The notes: generated from the letters alone by a model not told the origin. 64,000 nucleotides of DNA from Candidatus Dormiibacterota bacterium (GCA_035566655.1 DATMQT010000102.1:4188-68187), one strand, 5' to 3'; positions 35,664-46,233 are shown, numbered from the stretch's first letter. Translations and numbers: made by a program.

Positions 35664-38348
35664 CTACTTCTTCAGCCCCGCCGTAAAATTCGTCACCACC
35701 GTCACCGATTGGCTCACCTGCTGCGAAACCCGGTCCAGCAGGATTTTCTTGCCGTCGGGGGAGACATCGTAGAAGACATTCGGCGCGGTCCAATTAGGGA
35801 CGAGGATTTGAGCGGCGCCGAATTGCAGGGCTCCGCCGGCATCCTTCACCGGAACCGCAGAAAGAGTGAACGTGGGGTCGAGGTAGTACAGCTCCTTGCC
35901 GTCCTTGCTCCACTGCGGAGCCGTTCCACCGTTGGCTGAGAGCTGCCACTTGCCCTGCCCGCCGCGGAAGGGCACCACATATACTTCGGGTCCACCGGAT
36001 TCATCCGACGTGTAGGCCAGCCAGCGGCCGTCCGGGGAAAGGTGGGCAAAGATGCCTCGCGGCAGGATTTGCCACGGTTTGCGCTCCCCTTCCAGGGGCA
36101 AAGCCCAGATCCCAGCCTCGCCAACCGCCATGCCCCGCGAATAAATCAGGTACTTGCCGTCCCGCGACCAATCGCTGGCCACGTCGATTTGGTCGTCCGT
36201 GAACAACAGTTCTTCCGCACCACTGCCATCGGAGGGTTTCCTCATGAGGTTCGAATGCCCGTTTCGATCGGAGGTATAGGCGATCCATTTGCCGTCCGGC
36301 GACCACACCGGGAATGTATTCGAAGCCGGACCGAAGGTTAATCGCGTTTTGATCCCGCGCGCCACCTCGAGCACCCACACGTCGTTCACACCGTTATCGA
36401 TTTGGAGAGCGATGCGGTCACCTTTCGGGGAGAGACGTGCGCTTAGCAGGTTGGTGAGCTTGTCGGCTACGGGGCTAAGCTGTTTTCCGGAGCGATCCAT
36501 CCACAGCAGCTGCCAATCGCCGGTACCCCCGCTGGCAAAAACCAGCAGGCCGTCACCGGAAGCCGAGGCGTCCATATGCCAGGTGCTGATGTCGTTGGCT
36601 ACGCCTTTGGCCACGCTCTGCGGCTCTTCGCTTAACCTTCCCGTGGCAGGGTCGAAGGGTTGTCCCATTAACTGGTCCCCGCGCGCGAACAGAAGATAAC
36701 CACTCCCATAAACGGGGTTGGATTGCGAGCGCAACAGTTCACGATTTTCCCGCCCATCCAGCGACCCGTAGAACACGGTATCGTTGGCTGCTTTGGAAGG
36801 GTCATGGTTGATGGCGAGATAGAGGAAATGCTTGCCATCGGGAAGGAAAAATGGCCAGCGGTGCGAGGTGTGCTGGGTGGTTTCGATCCTGGTCACAGGA
36901 ACCGGAGTTCCACCGCTTGCGCTCACTCGCATCAAAGCCGCTTGCGTGCCCGGAGAAAACAGGATCACTCCGCCCTGTCCCCAAGCGCCTCCGCGACCAA
37001 ATGGAGCGTCGGCCACCACCTGCGCCGAGCCGCCGTTGAGGTCGATCGTCTTCAGCTTGTTGTCGGCGAAGAATCCCAGCGAGCGGCTGTCGGGCGACCA
37101 GAAGGGAAAAATCGCATTCTCGGTGCCGGGCAGCATGTGTGCGTCCGGCAAGTTCATCGGGCGCACCCAGATTGCGTTCTTGCCGTCGGCGCCGGTCGCC
37201 GCGAACGCGATGGATGCACCGTCGGGCGACAGCACCGGCGGCCCCGCGGAATCTCCGATCAGATTGAGCGTGGTTTTTGCCGGAGGGTCAATGACCGTGC
37301 GGATGGCCTGCGCCGATTGTGCGGGGCGGTGGAGTAAGAAGCCAGTCGCCGCACCTAACGCAATCGCAACCAGCAAAGCCGCACCCCAACCAGCCTTTTC
37401 TCGCGGAGACGTTCCTCGCAACACCTCCGACGCCGGCACCGCGACCGCCGATCGATCCGACGCAATCCATTTCAGTTCCAGCTTGATATCGTGCGCCGCG
37501 AGATAACGATCCTCCGGATTCTTCTGCAAACACGTGGTCACCACGTGCTCAAATGCAGGCGGCGTTTGAGGCTTGAGGGCGCCGATCGATTCCGGGTCTG
37601 CTTCGAGAATGGACGATGCAAGCGAGATTTGACTCTTCCCCGAAAACGGCCGCTTCCCTGCCACCATCTCGTAAAGCACAGCACCGAAGGCGAAGATGTC
37701 TGAACGCGCGTCCGCTTCTTTTCCTTCGATCTGCTCCGGAGACATGTACTGAATCGTGCCAATGATGCTGCCTGCGGTGGTCAGCGGACTCAATGGGCTG
37801 GGCCCGCTCATCGTAGCCGCGGCAGTAAACGAAGGCGGCGCGGATCCCGATCCAGAAGCCGGAGCCGTAGTGCCCAGCGGCTTCGCCAGACCAAAGTCCA
37901 TCAGCTTCGCGCCGCCCGCCGTGAGCATGATGTTCCCCGGCTTCAAGTCACGATGCACAATGCCGTGACGATGCGCCACGGCCAGCGCCTCGGCCACAGC
38001 AATGCCAATCTTGAAGACTTCGGCCAACGGCACCGAGCCTTTTTTCAGACGTTCGGCCAGAGTTTCCCCCTCCAGAAACTCCATCACCAGATAATCGGCG
38101 CCATTCTGCGAGCCGATGTCATACAACTGGCAAATGTGGGGATGGTTCAGCGACGAGATCGCTCTCCCTTCGCGCTCCATGCGCTGCTTCAGTTCCGGAG
38201 AAGAAGAAAGATGCGAGGCGAGAACTTTGATCGCCACGGTGCGATCGAGGCGTGTGTCCAGAGCACGGTAAACTTCTCCCATGCCGCCTGCGCCCAGCGG
38301 AGACTGGATTTCGTAGGGACCTAATTTGGTGCCAGCGGTGAGGGGCAT
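35664..38348 (-). CDS. Ser/Thr protein kinase fused to a TolB-like (WD40-like) beta-propeller
   Basis: Kinase motifs GAGGMGEVY, HRDLKPGNIM, DFGLAK and YMSPEQ. One TM segment, then repeated FSPDG/WSPDG propeller blades. Confidence 0.9.
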   Translation of the reverse strand: MPLTAGTKLGPYEIQSPLGAGGMGEVYRALDTRLDRTVAIKVLASHLSSSPELKQRMEREGRAISSLNHPHICQLYDIGSQNGADYLVMEFLEGETLAERLKKGSVPLAEVFKIGIAVAEALAVAHRHGIVHRDLKPGNIMLTAGGAKLMDFGLAKPLGTTAPASGSGSAPPSFTAAATMSGPSPLSPLTTAGSIIGTIQYMSPEQIEGKEADARSDIFAFGAVLYEMVAGKRPFSGKSQISLASSILEADPESIGALKPQTPPAFEHVVTTCLQKNPEDRYLAAHDIKLELKWIASDRSAVAVPASEVLRGTSPREKAGWGAALLVAIALGAATGFLLHRPAQSAQAIRTVIDPPAKTTLNLIGDSAGPPVLSPDGASIAFAATGADGKNAIWVRPMNLPDAHMLPGTENAIFPFWSPDSRSLGFFADNKLKTIDLNGGSAQVVADAPFGRGGAWGQGGVILFSPGTQAALMRVSASGGTPVPVTRIETTQHTSHRWPFFLPDGKHFLYLAINHDPSKAANDTVFYGSLDGRENRELLRSQSNPVYGSGYLLFARGDQLMGQPFDPATGRLSEEPQSVAKGVANDISTWHMDASASGDGLLVFASGGTGDWQLLWMDRSGKQLSPVADKLTNLLSARLSPKGDRIALQIDNGVNDVWVLEVARGIKTRLTFGPASNTFPVWSPDGKWIAYTSDRNGHSNLMRKPSDGSGAEELLFTDDQIDVASDWSRDGKYLIYSRGMAVGEAGIWALPLEGERKPWQILPRGIFAHLSPDGRWLAYTSDESGGPEVYVVPFRGGQGKWQLSANGGTAPQWSKDGKELYYLDPTFTLSAVPVKDAGGALQFGAAQILVPNWTAPNVFYDVSPDGKKILLDRVSQQVSQSVTVVTNFTAGLKK

Positions 38349-38495
38349 TCAGTGTCGGGTCATTATAGCCCCTTGCCCGTTGCATCCGCCGAGTCCCGAA
38401 ACGGGAGCACCCGGATCGGGCCCGGCCCAATCGCGTGGGAAGGGTGGGCATTCCGGTTGCGTCCGCGACGCCACGCGGGAGACAATGCAACGAGT

Positions 38496-38984
38496 ATGAA
38501 AACAAGGACTCCCCTTCTTGTCCTCGCGATCCTTGTCCCCGCGATCTTTGTTCTGGCGATCTTTGTCCTGGCGAGTTGGCCACTCGATCTTGCCACTGCG
38601 CAAGACAAGCCCGACACGACCTCAGCGAAGATTCTGGCGTTGGAGGACAAATGGAACGCGGCTTACAAGCGCGGCGACATTGCCACCATGGAATCTTTGC
38701 TGGCCGATAATTTCATTATCACGCTGGAGGACGGCAGCACCTTCAGCAAGTCTGGCTACCTCGCACACAACGGCGACCCGACCGTCCACATTGAGACGAC
38801 GGAAGGGTCGGGTCTCAGCGTCCGCATGCACGGCAACACCGCCGTCGTGACCGGTGCCTATCACGAAAAAGGCACCTCCAAGGGAAAGCCTTACGAATAC
38901 CACGACCGTTTCACCGATGTCTGGATGAACCTGAACGGGAAGTGGCAGGTGATCGTTTCGCACTACAGCATTCCTTCCAATTGA
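38496..38984 (+). CDS. NTF2-like (DUF4440/SnoaL-like) secreted protein
   Basis: ILALEDKWNAAYKRGDIATMESLLADNF... and ...WQVIVSHYS are typical of DUF4440. Start at ATG 38496. The hydrophobic leader contains a 15-nt tandem repeat. Confidence 0.75.
   Translation: MKTRTPLLVLAILVPAIFVLAIFVLASWPLDLATAQDKPDTTSAKILALEDKWNAAYKRGDIATMESLLADNFIITLEDGSTFSKSGYLAHNGDPTVHIETTEGSGLSVRMHGNTAVVTGAYHEKGTSKGKPYEYHDRFTDVWMNLNGKWQVIVSHYSIPSN
38517..38576. repeat. 4 x 15-nt in-frame tandem repeat inside the signal/TM segment
   Basis: cttgtcctcgcgatc / cttgtccccgcgatc / tttgttctggcgatc / tttgtcctggcgagt, encoding LVLAI LVPAI FVLAI FVLAS. Confidence 0.85.
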
Positions 38985-39170
38985 GGACACCGGTGAGAAC
39001 AACTGCGTCCCGGCGCCGATGCTCCGCGATCTCTGGCATCACGATTATTTCGCCTTGGACAAAGACCAGCAAAGGTGGTATTCATAAATCAAAATTCGTC
39101 TGAACCAGCAAAAAAGCCCTCGGTGAGAGAGCGCGCCCTGTCGCGAGGCTGTCCTTGAGAAAGGAGAACC

Positions 39171-40472
39171 ATGCGACACTTGACCCTCCTGGTAATCGCG
39201 ATTCTTATCCTTGCTGCGGCCGCCTTGCAGCCAACCGAAGCACCTACCGGCTTTGACAACAAGAGCAACGGCGTCGCTGATGATGCCACTCATCTGGCCG
39301 ATCAAGCCAAGTTCGAAGAAGTTGAGCAGTTGAGCGATGGCCTTGGACCGCTCTATAACGCTCAGTCCTGCCGCGAGTGCCACCAGAGTCCCGTTTCGGG
39401 TGCCGCCTCTCAGGTCTCGGAATTGCGCGTTGGCCATCAAGGGCCAGACGGACACTTCCGCAATCCAGAAATCCCGATCGCTCACGGAGCAGAAGTGATC
39501 TCCGGACGCTCTCTGGTAAATGATCGCGCGATTTGTCCCAACGCCGCTTTTCCTAACACCGAGATTCAGGAGCGGGTTCCAGATACCGAGACCATCCGGA
39601 CGTTTCGCCTGTCGTTGAATCTCCTGGGCGATGGCTTCGTCGAAGCGGTGGCCGATAAAACGCTCATCAATCTGGCCGAGCAGCAATGCAAGGCTTCGCG
39701 CCGTAAAATCTGCGGACAGGTTCTCCAGGTACCCATCGTCGAGGCCCCCGGACAGATGAGCGTCGGCAGGTTCGGTTGGAAGGACCAGCACGCAAGCCTG
39801 CTGTCATTCTCCGGCGACGCGTATCTCAATGAGATGGGCATCACAAACCGCCTTCAACCGGATGAAGTTACAAAGCTTTGCAATACAGCTACAGAACCGA
39901 ATGACACGCCAGGGTCCGACGGCCTTTCTGACATTGATCACTTCGCCCGGTTTATTCGAGCCACGAAAGCCCCTGCGCGTGATGCCCAGCTCGCAAGCAG
40001 CGCGGTTGCCATCAAGGGCAATGGCTTGTTTGCCAAGATCGGCTGCGCGACTTGCCACGTCGAAACGTTAACCACTGCTCCGGCTGGAACCAAGATCAAC
40101 GGCGGAACGTTTACCATTCCACCCGCGCTCGGCTCGATCACATTTCATCCCTATGGGGATTTCCTGATGCATGATGTCGGCACCGGCGATGGAATTCTGC
40201 AAGCGACCAGGGAACACTACGGGACCAAAGTTTTCCAGATGATGGCGGACTATCTTTCCAAACAGGACTTCGAGAGCAGCCGAAACAAAATCCGCACCGC
40301 CCCTCTATGGGGAGTGCGCTTGCGTCCGCGCTTGATGCACGATGGCGCATCCCTCACGCTTCGCGATGCGATCCTGCGGCACCACGGCGAGGCGCGCCAG
40401 GCGAGTGAGCAGTTTGAAAAACTGAAGGCAGAGGACCAGAAAGCGATCATCGAGTTCTTGAAATCTCTGTAA
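39171..40472 (+). CDS. di-haem oxidoreductase, DUF1111 family (putative peroxidase / thiol oxidoreductase)
   Basis: Two CxxCH motifs (CRECH, CATCH), FGWKDQ and LWGVR motifs. AAGGAG Shine-Dalgarno sequence. Confidence 0.8.
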   Translation: MRHLTLLVIAILILAAAALQPTEAPTGFDNKSNGVADDATHLADQAKFEEVEQLSDGLGPLYNAQSCRECHQSPVSGAASQVSELRVGHQGPDGHFRNPEIPIAHGAEVISGRSLVNDRAICPNAAFPNTEIQERVPDTETIRTFRLSLNLLGDGFVEAVADKTLINLAEQQCKASRRKICGQVLQVPIVEAPGQMSVGRFGWKDQHASLLSFSGDAYLNEMGITNRLQPDEVTKLCNTATEPNDTPGSDGLSDIDHFARFIRATKAPARDAQLASSAVAIKGNGLFAKIGCATCHVETLTTAPAGTKINGGTFTIPPALGSITFHPYGDFLMHDVGTGDGILQATREHYGTKVFQMMADYLSKQDFESSRNKIRTAPLWGVRLRPRLMHDGASLTLRDAILRHHGEARQASEQFEKLKAEDQKAIIEFLKSL

Positions 40473-40514
40473 ACTCTACGAAGGGTCTGTGAACAGAACC
40501 TCGCGGAGTCATCG

Positions 40515-41849
40515 TTGAAAGCAAGAACATCCTGGCTGGTTCTCTGCGTCGTGATCGCCGCGGGCCTCGCCTGCGCCACGGCCCAACCCGCGCCCGCCGC
40601 GGAAAACTCAACTCCGGGGGACATGCAGGCGCATCAACCGCCGCAGCAAGTCTCCGTCACCGAATACAGCCTGCCTCCCGACAAGCTGGCCAAAGCTGAA
40701 GCCCTCTACAAGACGCGCACGGTTCTTTATCTCGCCGACATGGTTTTCGGAATTGCCGTGCTCTGGGTCCTGCTCAAGCTGCGCCTAGCGCCTGCGTTCC
40801 ATGATCTCGCTGAGCGCGCCAGCACGAACACTTTTATGCAAGCGGTAATCTTCGTCCCTTTACTGACTCTTCTGATCGCCGTAACCTCCCTGCCCATCGA
40901 GATTTACGGGCATCACATTTCTCTGGCCTACGGACTCTCCGTCCAAGGCTGGGCGTCATGGGCGGGAGACTGGTGCAAGGCCCAGGCAGTCTCGCTCGTC
41001 ATCCTCGTGCCCATGGTCTTCGCGTTGTTCTGGATCATCCGCAAGAGCCCGCAGCGCTGGTGGTTCTACTTCTGGCTCCTAACGCTGCCCTTCCTGGTCC
41101 TGCTGATCTTTGTCACGCCGGTCATCCTCGACCCCATGTTCAACACCTTCGAGCCGCTGGAGAAAAAGCAGCCGCTTCTCGTGAGCGAGATCGAGAAGGT
41201 CACCCAGCGCGGCGGACTCAGCATTCCCCGCGACCGCATGTTCGAGATGGAAGCCAGCGCAAAAGTCACCACCTACAACGCCTACGTCACCGGAATCGGC
41301 GCCACCAAGCGCGTCGTGGTATGGGACAACACCTCGCGCGACCTAACCATCCCCGAAACCTTATTCGTCTTCGGCCATGAGATGGGCCACTACGTCCTGA
41401 ATCACATTTACAAAGGACTCGCGTTCGCCGCGATCATGCTGCTGCCCGGCTTCTGGCTCGGAAGCCGCGTTGTGCTGGCAATGCTGGCGCGCTGGGGAGA
41501 GGCCTGGCACATCCGCGGCATCCACGACCTGGCCGCCCTGCCCGTGCTTATGCTGACGCTCTCGCTCCTCACCTTCGCCGGCGAACCGATTGGCAATGCT
41601 TTCAGCCGCCACATCGAACACCAGGCCGATATCTACGGACTCGAAGTCACCCACGGCCTGTTCCCCAACAACAACGAAGTCGCCGCCTCGTCCTTCCAAA
41701 AACTCGGCGAGAAGAGTTACGACTATCCGAATCCGAACCCGTTGCTTGTTTTTTGGTCTTACAGTCATCCGTCGATTGCACAACGAATCCGTTTCTGTCT
41801 CGCCTACGATCCGTGGCATACTCCCGCGGGGCCAAAGTATGTGAAGTAA
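40515..41849 (+). CDS. M48 family (Ste24/HtpX-like) membrane metallopeptidase
   Basis: FVFGHEMGHYVLNH zinc motif and multiple TM segments. TTG start in the track, so the start is uncertain. Confidence 0.85.
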   Translation: MKARTSWLVLCVVIAAGLACATAQPAPAAENSTPGDMQAHQPPQQVSVTEYSLPPDKLAKAEALYKTRTVLYLADMVFGIAVLWVLLKLRLAPAFHDLAERASTNTFMQAVIFVPLLTLLIAVTSLPIEIYGHHISLAYGLSVQGWASWAGDWCKAQAVSLVILVPMVFALFWIIRKSPQRWWFYFWLLTLPFLVLLIFVTPVILDPMFNTFEPLEKKQPLLVSEIEKVTQRGGLSIPRDRMFEMEASAKVTTYNAYVTGIGATKRVVVWDNTSRDLTIPETLFVFGHEMGHYVLNHIYKGLAFAAIMLLPGFWLGSRVVLAMLARWGEAWHIRGIHDLAALPVLMLTLSLLTFAGEPIGNAFSRHIEHQADIYGLEVTHGLFPNNNEVAASSFQKLGEKSYDYPNPNPLLVFWSYSHPSIAQRIRFCLAYDPWHTPAGPKYVK

Positions 41850-41882
41850 GAATTGCCGGGAAGGGCGCCAAATAGAGGAAGC

Positions 41883-42371
41883 ATGGTCATCTTGCTGATG
41901 GGAGTATCGGGCGCGGGAAAGACGACGGTAGGACAGTTGCTGGCGTCCGAACTCGGATGGGACTTCGTAGACGGGGACGACTACCACTCACCCGCGAACG
42001 TCGAAAAAATGCGCAACGGCATTCCCCTGACCGACGCCGACCGTGCCCCTTGGCTGGAGAAGCTGCGCGCACTGATCGCCGGCTGGATTGCGTCTGGAAA
42101 AAACGCAGTACTTGCCTGTTCAGCGCTGAAGCGCGCGTACCGGGAGACTTTGCAGGTAGCACCAGAAGTAAGAATCGTGTACCTGAAGGGCACGCCGCAG
42201 CTGTTGCAGCAGCGGCTGCGCACGCGCCAGGGACACTACATGACGGAGCGAATGCTCGTGAGTCAACTCGCGGCGCTGGAACCACCGGAGAACGCGGCAG
42301 CAGTCGATGTCGATTGTTCACCCGCAGAGGTCGTGGACGAAATTCGGGCAAGCCTGGCACTACGACCCTAG
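41883..42371 (+). CDS. gntK: gluconokinase (GntK/IdnK family)
   Basis: P-loop GVSGAGKTTVG, DGDDYHSPANVEKM, VLACSALKRAYR. Start at ATG 41883. Confidence 0.85.
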   Translation: MVILLMGVSGAGKTTVGQLLASELGWDFVDGDDYHSPANVEKMRNGIPLTDADRAPWLEKLRALIAGWIASGKNAVLACSALKRAYRETLQVAPEVRIVYLKGTPQLLQQRLRTRQGHYMTERMLVSQLAALEPPENAAAVDVDCSPAEVVDEIRASLALRP

Positions 42372-42422
42372 CGCAGCTTAACTGGCGAGATCGTGACGCG
42401 CAGGCGCAAGCGGCTAGTCAAT

Positions 42423-42767
42423 CTACCGGTCTTTCAGCGCTGGCTGTTCTTGAGGGACTTCTTCTGTTGTGACGGCGATCGGTTTCGTCTTCCGATAGAC
42501 ATTTGCCACTGCCATCGTCCAAAAAGGGACCAAATCAACTCCGGGCACCAGCTTGCCAAGAAACGATGGCAGAAACTCCCAGTGCCAGCCCAGCAGAGAA
42601 ATCATCATGGCCCCGATGCCGAAGTCGAGCACATCATCCGCAGGTGACAGCGCGCCTTCGACGAACACCGGGAAAACGATCAGTTGGAGTGCGTCCGCTA
42701 CAACAGCTAGCACTATGGCGGCGCGAAAGCGCGAACCCGGCAGGATTGTGATGGCATCGTCGGTCAC
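42423..42767 (-). CDS. hypothetical small membrane protein
   Basis: 114 aa with 3 hydrophobic segments and coding-like composition. No family recognised. Confidence 0.5.
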   Translation of the reverse strand: MTDDAITILPGSRFRAAIVLAVVADALQLIVFPVFVEGALSPADDVLDFGIGAMMISLLGWHWEFLPSFLGKLVPGVDLVPFWTMAVANVYRKTKPIAVTTEEVPQEQPALKDR

Positions 42768-42787
42768 GATACTTCGCCTTGAACACT

Positions 42788-42862
42788 TGGTAGCGCTAAC
42801 GGGAATCGAACCCGTGTTTGAAGATTGAGAATCTTCCGTCCTAACCCCTAGACGATAGCGCC
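42788..42862 (-). tRNA. tRNA-Glu (anticodon CUC)
   Basis: 75-nt cloverleaf folded by hand: GGCGCTA acceptor (G-U first pair), D-arm GTCT-AGGGGTTA-GGAC, anticodon loop TTCTCAA, T-arm ACGGG-TTCGATT-CCCGT, encoded CCA. Confidence 0.88.
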
Positions 42863-43080
42863 ATCCCCGGAGTCTCGAATAAGAGCTTCGATTATAACAA
42901 AGGACTCACTCCCAATTCTCTCTACAAAGCGGGTTTCCACAGGCGCCGAAGGTTTATACTAACGTTAACTCTGCTACCACAATTTCCAGTGTTCCCTCCA
43001 CGTTGCGGGACGGGTGTATGTGGTTCGTTCAACAATTCGATTCATTCCTAAATCTGGGCATATGCAAGGAGTATCCAAAG

Positions 43081-43443
43081 ATGGCAAGGCCAAAATCTAC
43101 TTCAGGCGGCAAGTCTAGTCGTTCAAATCCTAATAAAGAGCAACCCGGTATCAGCAGTCCAGCCAACATACCCGACATGAAAACTGCCGCGGCGGCAACC
43201 GCGCCCGAACCGAAGTCCGTCGAGCCGCGGAAGTTGGAAATGGTGAAGACCGAACCCCGGGAGAAAGTGGTTCCGATCAACCGCGCTCCCATCAATCTGC
43301 CCAGCAACCTGGAAGACGAGATCCGGCGCCGCGCCTATGAACTCTACCTTCAGCGCGGGACCGCGTCCGGCAGCGAAGCCGAGGACTGGCTCACCGCCGA
43401 GCGCGAAGTGCTGCAACGCTACCAGAAACAGCAGAGCGCTTAA
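43081..43443 (+). CDS. DUF2934-domain protein
   Basis: C-terminal EIRRRAYELYLQRGTASGSEAEDWLTAEREVL is the DUF2934 signature. ATG 43081 is preceded by AGGAG. Confidence 0.7.
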   Translation: MARPKSTSGGKSSRSNPNKEQPGISSPANIPDMKTAAAATAPEPKSVEPRKLEMVKTEPREKVVPINRAPINLPSNLEDEIRRRAYELYLQRGTASGSEAEDWLTAEREVLQRYQKQQSA

Positions 43444-43645
43444 GCAAGGCCAGACGTGATCCAGACAAGCGGCGGCCGAATTCCGGCTGCAGCGTTTGCT
43501 TGGTGTGCCTGGGCGCATTCTCTGGACTCCTCCCCGGAGTGTCCTGACGTCGCCGTGTTTGATGTACTATCGACATCTCCGTGGCAGGTCTTCGTGGTTG
43601 CCTCGCAGGGGCGTTTCTGAAAAAATAGGCTGGGGTTTTCCTCGC

Positions 43646-45691
43646 ATGGCGGTGCTCGGTAGTTTCGCGCTGTATCTCGCTTTAGCGCTGAGCGTCTACT
43701 GCTTCCTCGCCGGAATCCTCGCGCTCGTTGAGGGAGCGGGCTCCGAGCGCCTCGGTGAGACCGCCCGCCGCGCCGGCATCGCTACTTTCGCCGCCGTTTT
43801 TCTCGCTTCGCTGGTCCTTGTCATCTGCGCCTTCCGCGACGACTTCACCATCGCCTACATCTTCCACCACAGCAACCGCGATCTCCCCGGTCCTTATAAG
43901 TTTGCCGTGCTGTGGTCTGGCCAGGAAGGTTCGCTGCTGTTCTGGTCGTTGTTGCTCGGTGCCTATGGATTCGTGTTGCGGCTGCGCTACAAAACTGACC
44001 CGCGCCTCTTCGCTTACGCCTCTGTGGTTTTGGCCGGCGTGCAGATTTTCTTTCTGTCTCTGCTGAATTTCGCCGCCCGACCATTCGGCCTGCTCGAAGG
44101 CCCGCTCCGGCCCGATGGTAGTGGCTTGAATCCGCTCTTGCAGTATCCCGAGATGGTGATTCATCCGCCCATGCTCTATCTCGGCTACGTCGGTTTCACT
44201 GTGCCCTTCGCGTTCGCACTGGGCGCGCTGATCATGAAGTATCCCGGCGAGAAATGGATCCACATCACCCGCCGCTGGACCATGGTCACCTGGGCCTTCC
44301 TCACCTGCGGCGTCTTTCTCGGCGCTCACTGGGCCTACTCCGTGCTCGGCTGGGGAGGCTATTGGGGATGGGACCCCGTCGAGAACGCCTCACTCATGCC
44401 CTGGCTCACCGGCACCGCATTCCTGCATTCGGTAATGATGCAGGAAAAGCGCGGCATGTTGAAGATGTGGAACATGTGGCTGGTCTTCGCCACCTTCTGG
44501 CTGGCCATCCTAGGAACATTCCTCACCCGCAGCGGCATCATCAGCTCCGTTCACGCCTTCGCGCAGTCTTCCATCGGCGACTGGTTCGCGGTGTTCCTCA
44601 TCCTCACCCTGGCTGTATTTCTCTTTTTCTTCTTCAAGAACAAGTCGCATCTGCGCAGCGAGCACAAGCTCGAATCGATCGTGTCGCGCGAGTCCAGTTT
44701 CCTGTTCAACAACCTGTTGTTCGGGATCCTCTGCCTTACCGTGCTCCTCGGAACCTGGTTTCCGAAAATCACCGAACTGGTGGAAGAAAAGAAAGTCACC
44801 GTGTCAGGACCTTATTACAACAGCGTCGCCATTCCCGTGGCCCTGCTGCTCTTGATACTCACCGCCGTAGGCCCGCTTCTCGCCTGGCGCAAGACTTCCC
44901 TCGAAAGCTTGAAGCGCAACTTCCTCTGGCCCACCATCGGAGCCATCGTGGTCGCGGTCTTCCTGATGATCACCCCCAAAAGTTGGGGCTCAGCCTTCGG
45001 CCTCAAGCCCTGGCAGGACATCTCCTACTTCTATTCCCTGATGGCCATCGCGCTCTCGGTGCTCGTGACCCTCACTGTGGCCAGCGAGTTCTACCGCGGC
45101 GGTCGCGTCATCTCCAAACACACCGGCCAGGGAATGTTCGCCTCCATGGTGCAACTCACCCATCGCAACACTCGCCGTTACGGCGGCTACATCGTCCACT
45201 TCGGCGTGGCGGTAGTCATCATCGGCTTCGCCGGAGCCGCTTTCAATCTGGACAAAGAGGCGGCGATGGCCAACGGCGATCAGATGACCATCGGCCCCTA
45301 CACCCTCATTTGCCGTTCCTACACCGAAGACGACGCCCCCAACTACGCCAGCCAATGGGCCATGCTCGACGTTTACAAGAATGGTAAGTCGATGGGCACC
45401 ATGACTCCGGTCCGCCGTTTCTACCATGCCAGCCAGCAGACCTCGACCATGCCCGACATTCGGTCCAGCCTCAACGAGGACCTTTATCTTGTCTACGAGG
45501 GCCAGGACGACAAGAATCACCCCGTCATCAAGGCCCACCTGAACGCGCTGGTGATGTGTATCTGGCTGGGTGTCTGGATCATGCTGATTGGAACGGTTCT
45601 GGCTTTGGTTCCAAACGCCCCCGCGCCAGTCCGCGTTCCCTCCCCGGCGCGGCTGAAGCAGGCACAGGCCGAACCCGTGACAGGAGACTGA
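43646..45691 (+). CDS. ccmF: cytochrome c-type biogenesis haem lyase subunit CcmF
   Basis: WWD region WGGYWGWDPVENASLMPWL and about 15 TM segments. Start at ATG 43646. Confidence 0.9.
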   Translation: MAVLGSFALYLALALSVYCFLAGILALVEGAGSERLGETARRAGIATFAAVFLASLVLVICAFRDDFTIAYIFHHSNRDLPGPYKFAVLWSGQEGSLLFWSLLLGAYGFVLRLRYKTDPRLFAYASVVLAGVQIFFLSLLNFAARPFGLLEGPLRPDGSGLNPLLQYPEMVIHPPMLYLGYVGFTVPFAFALGALIMKYPGEKWIHITRRWTMVTWAFLTCGVFLGAHWAYSVLGWGGYWGWDPVENASLMPWLTGTAFLHSVMMQEKRGMLKMWNMWLVFATFWLAILGTFLTRSGIISSVHAFAQSSIGDWFAVFLILTLAVFLFFFFKNKSHLRSEHKLESIVSRESSFLFNNLLFGILCLTVLLGTWFPKITELVEEKKVTVSGPYYNSVAIPVALLLLILTAVGPLLAWRKTSLESLKRNFLWPTIGAIVVAVFLMITPKSWGSAFGLKPWQDISYFYSLMAIALSVLVTLTVASEFYRGGRVISKHTGQGMFASMVQLTHRNTRRYGGYIVHFGVAVVIIGFAGAAFNLDKEAAMANGDQMTIGPYTLICRSYTEDDAPNYASQWAMLDVYKNGKSMGTMTPVRRFYHASQQTSTMPDIRSSLNEDLYLVYEGQDDKNHPVIKAHLNALVMCIWLGVWIMLIGTVLALVPNAPAPVRVPSPARLKQAQAEPVTGD

Positions 45692-46233
45692 TGTCCCGTT
45701 CCTCAAATCCACTCTCGAGTCCGCGCACCCCGCTTCTCGCCGGTTTTGCGAGAAGGGGGAGATTGCGCCACAAAACCGCGGGGATTGTTCTTCTCTGCCT
45801 CAGCGTCTTCGCCCTCCTCGGTGCCGGAGATCCCGCCACCCGCTTCAACGAAATCGGCCACCAGATGATGTGCATCTGCGGCTGCAACCAGATTCTTTTG
45901 GAATGCAACCACGTCGGCTGCCCGGCCTCCGACGGCATGCGCAACGAACTCATGGCAGCGGTCTCCCGCGGAGACAGCGACAGCCTGGTCGAGCAAGCCT
46001 TCGTGCAGAAATACGGCCCCCCTGTGCTGGCCGCTCCCACCACGAAAGGCTTCGACCGCGCCGCCTATATCGTGCCCCCGGTCGCTCTGGTTCTCGGCTT
46101 CGGACTGATCTTATTCGTAATTCGCTCTTGGAAAAATCGCCCCGCGCCCGCCATCGCCGACGGCCTGAGACCCGTCCGCGGCGCTGAACTAGAACAATTC
46201 CGCGACCAGGCCGGCAAGGACACTGAACTATGA
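45691..46233 (+). CDS. ccmH: cytochrome c-type biogenesis protein CcmH
   Basis: Cys-rich redox motif MMCICGCNQ, GDSDSLVEQAFVQKYGPPVL, and a C-terminal TM segment. The start overlaps the ccmF stop (TGATG). Confidence 0.75.
   Translation: MSRSSNPLSSPRTPLLAGFARRGRLRHKTAGIVLLCLSVFALLGAGDPATRFNEIGHQMMCICGCNQILLECNHVGCPASDGMRNELMAAVSRGDSDSLVEQAFVQKYGPPVLAAPTTKGFDRAAYIVPPVALVLGFGLILFVIRSWKNRPAPAIADGLRPVRGAELEQFRDQAGKDTEL

Noticed and set aside
40476-40483. BlaI half-site CTACGAAG upstream of the M48 peptidase gene
   Set aside because: Only one half-site is present. The partner sequence (cctcgcggag) is not a reverse complement, so there is no dyad.
45556-45690. Upstream extension of the ccmH ORF inside ccmF
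   Set aside because: It overlaps the 3' end of ccmF out of frame. ATG 45691 overlaps the ccmF stop codon and gives a normal CcmH N-terminus.
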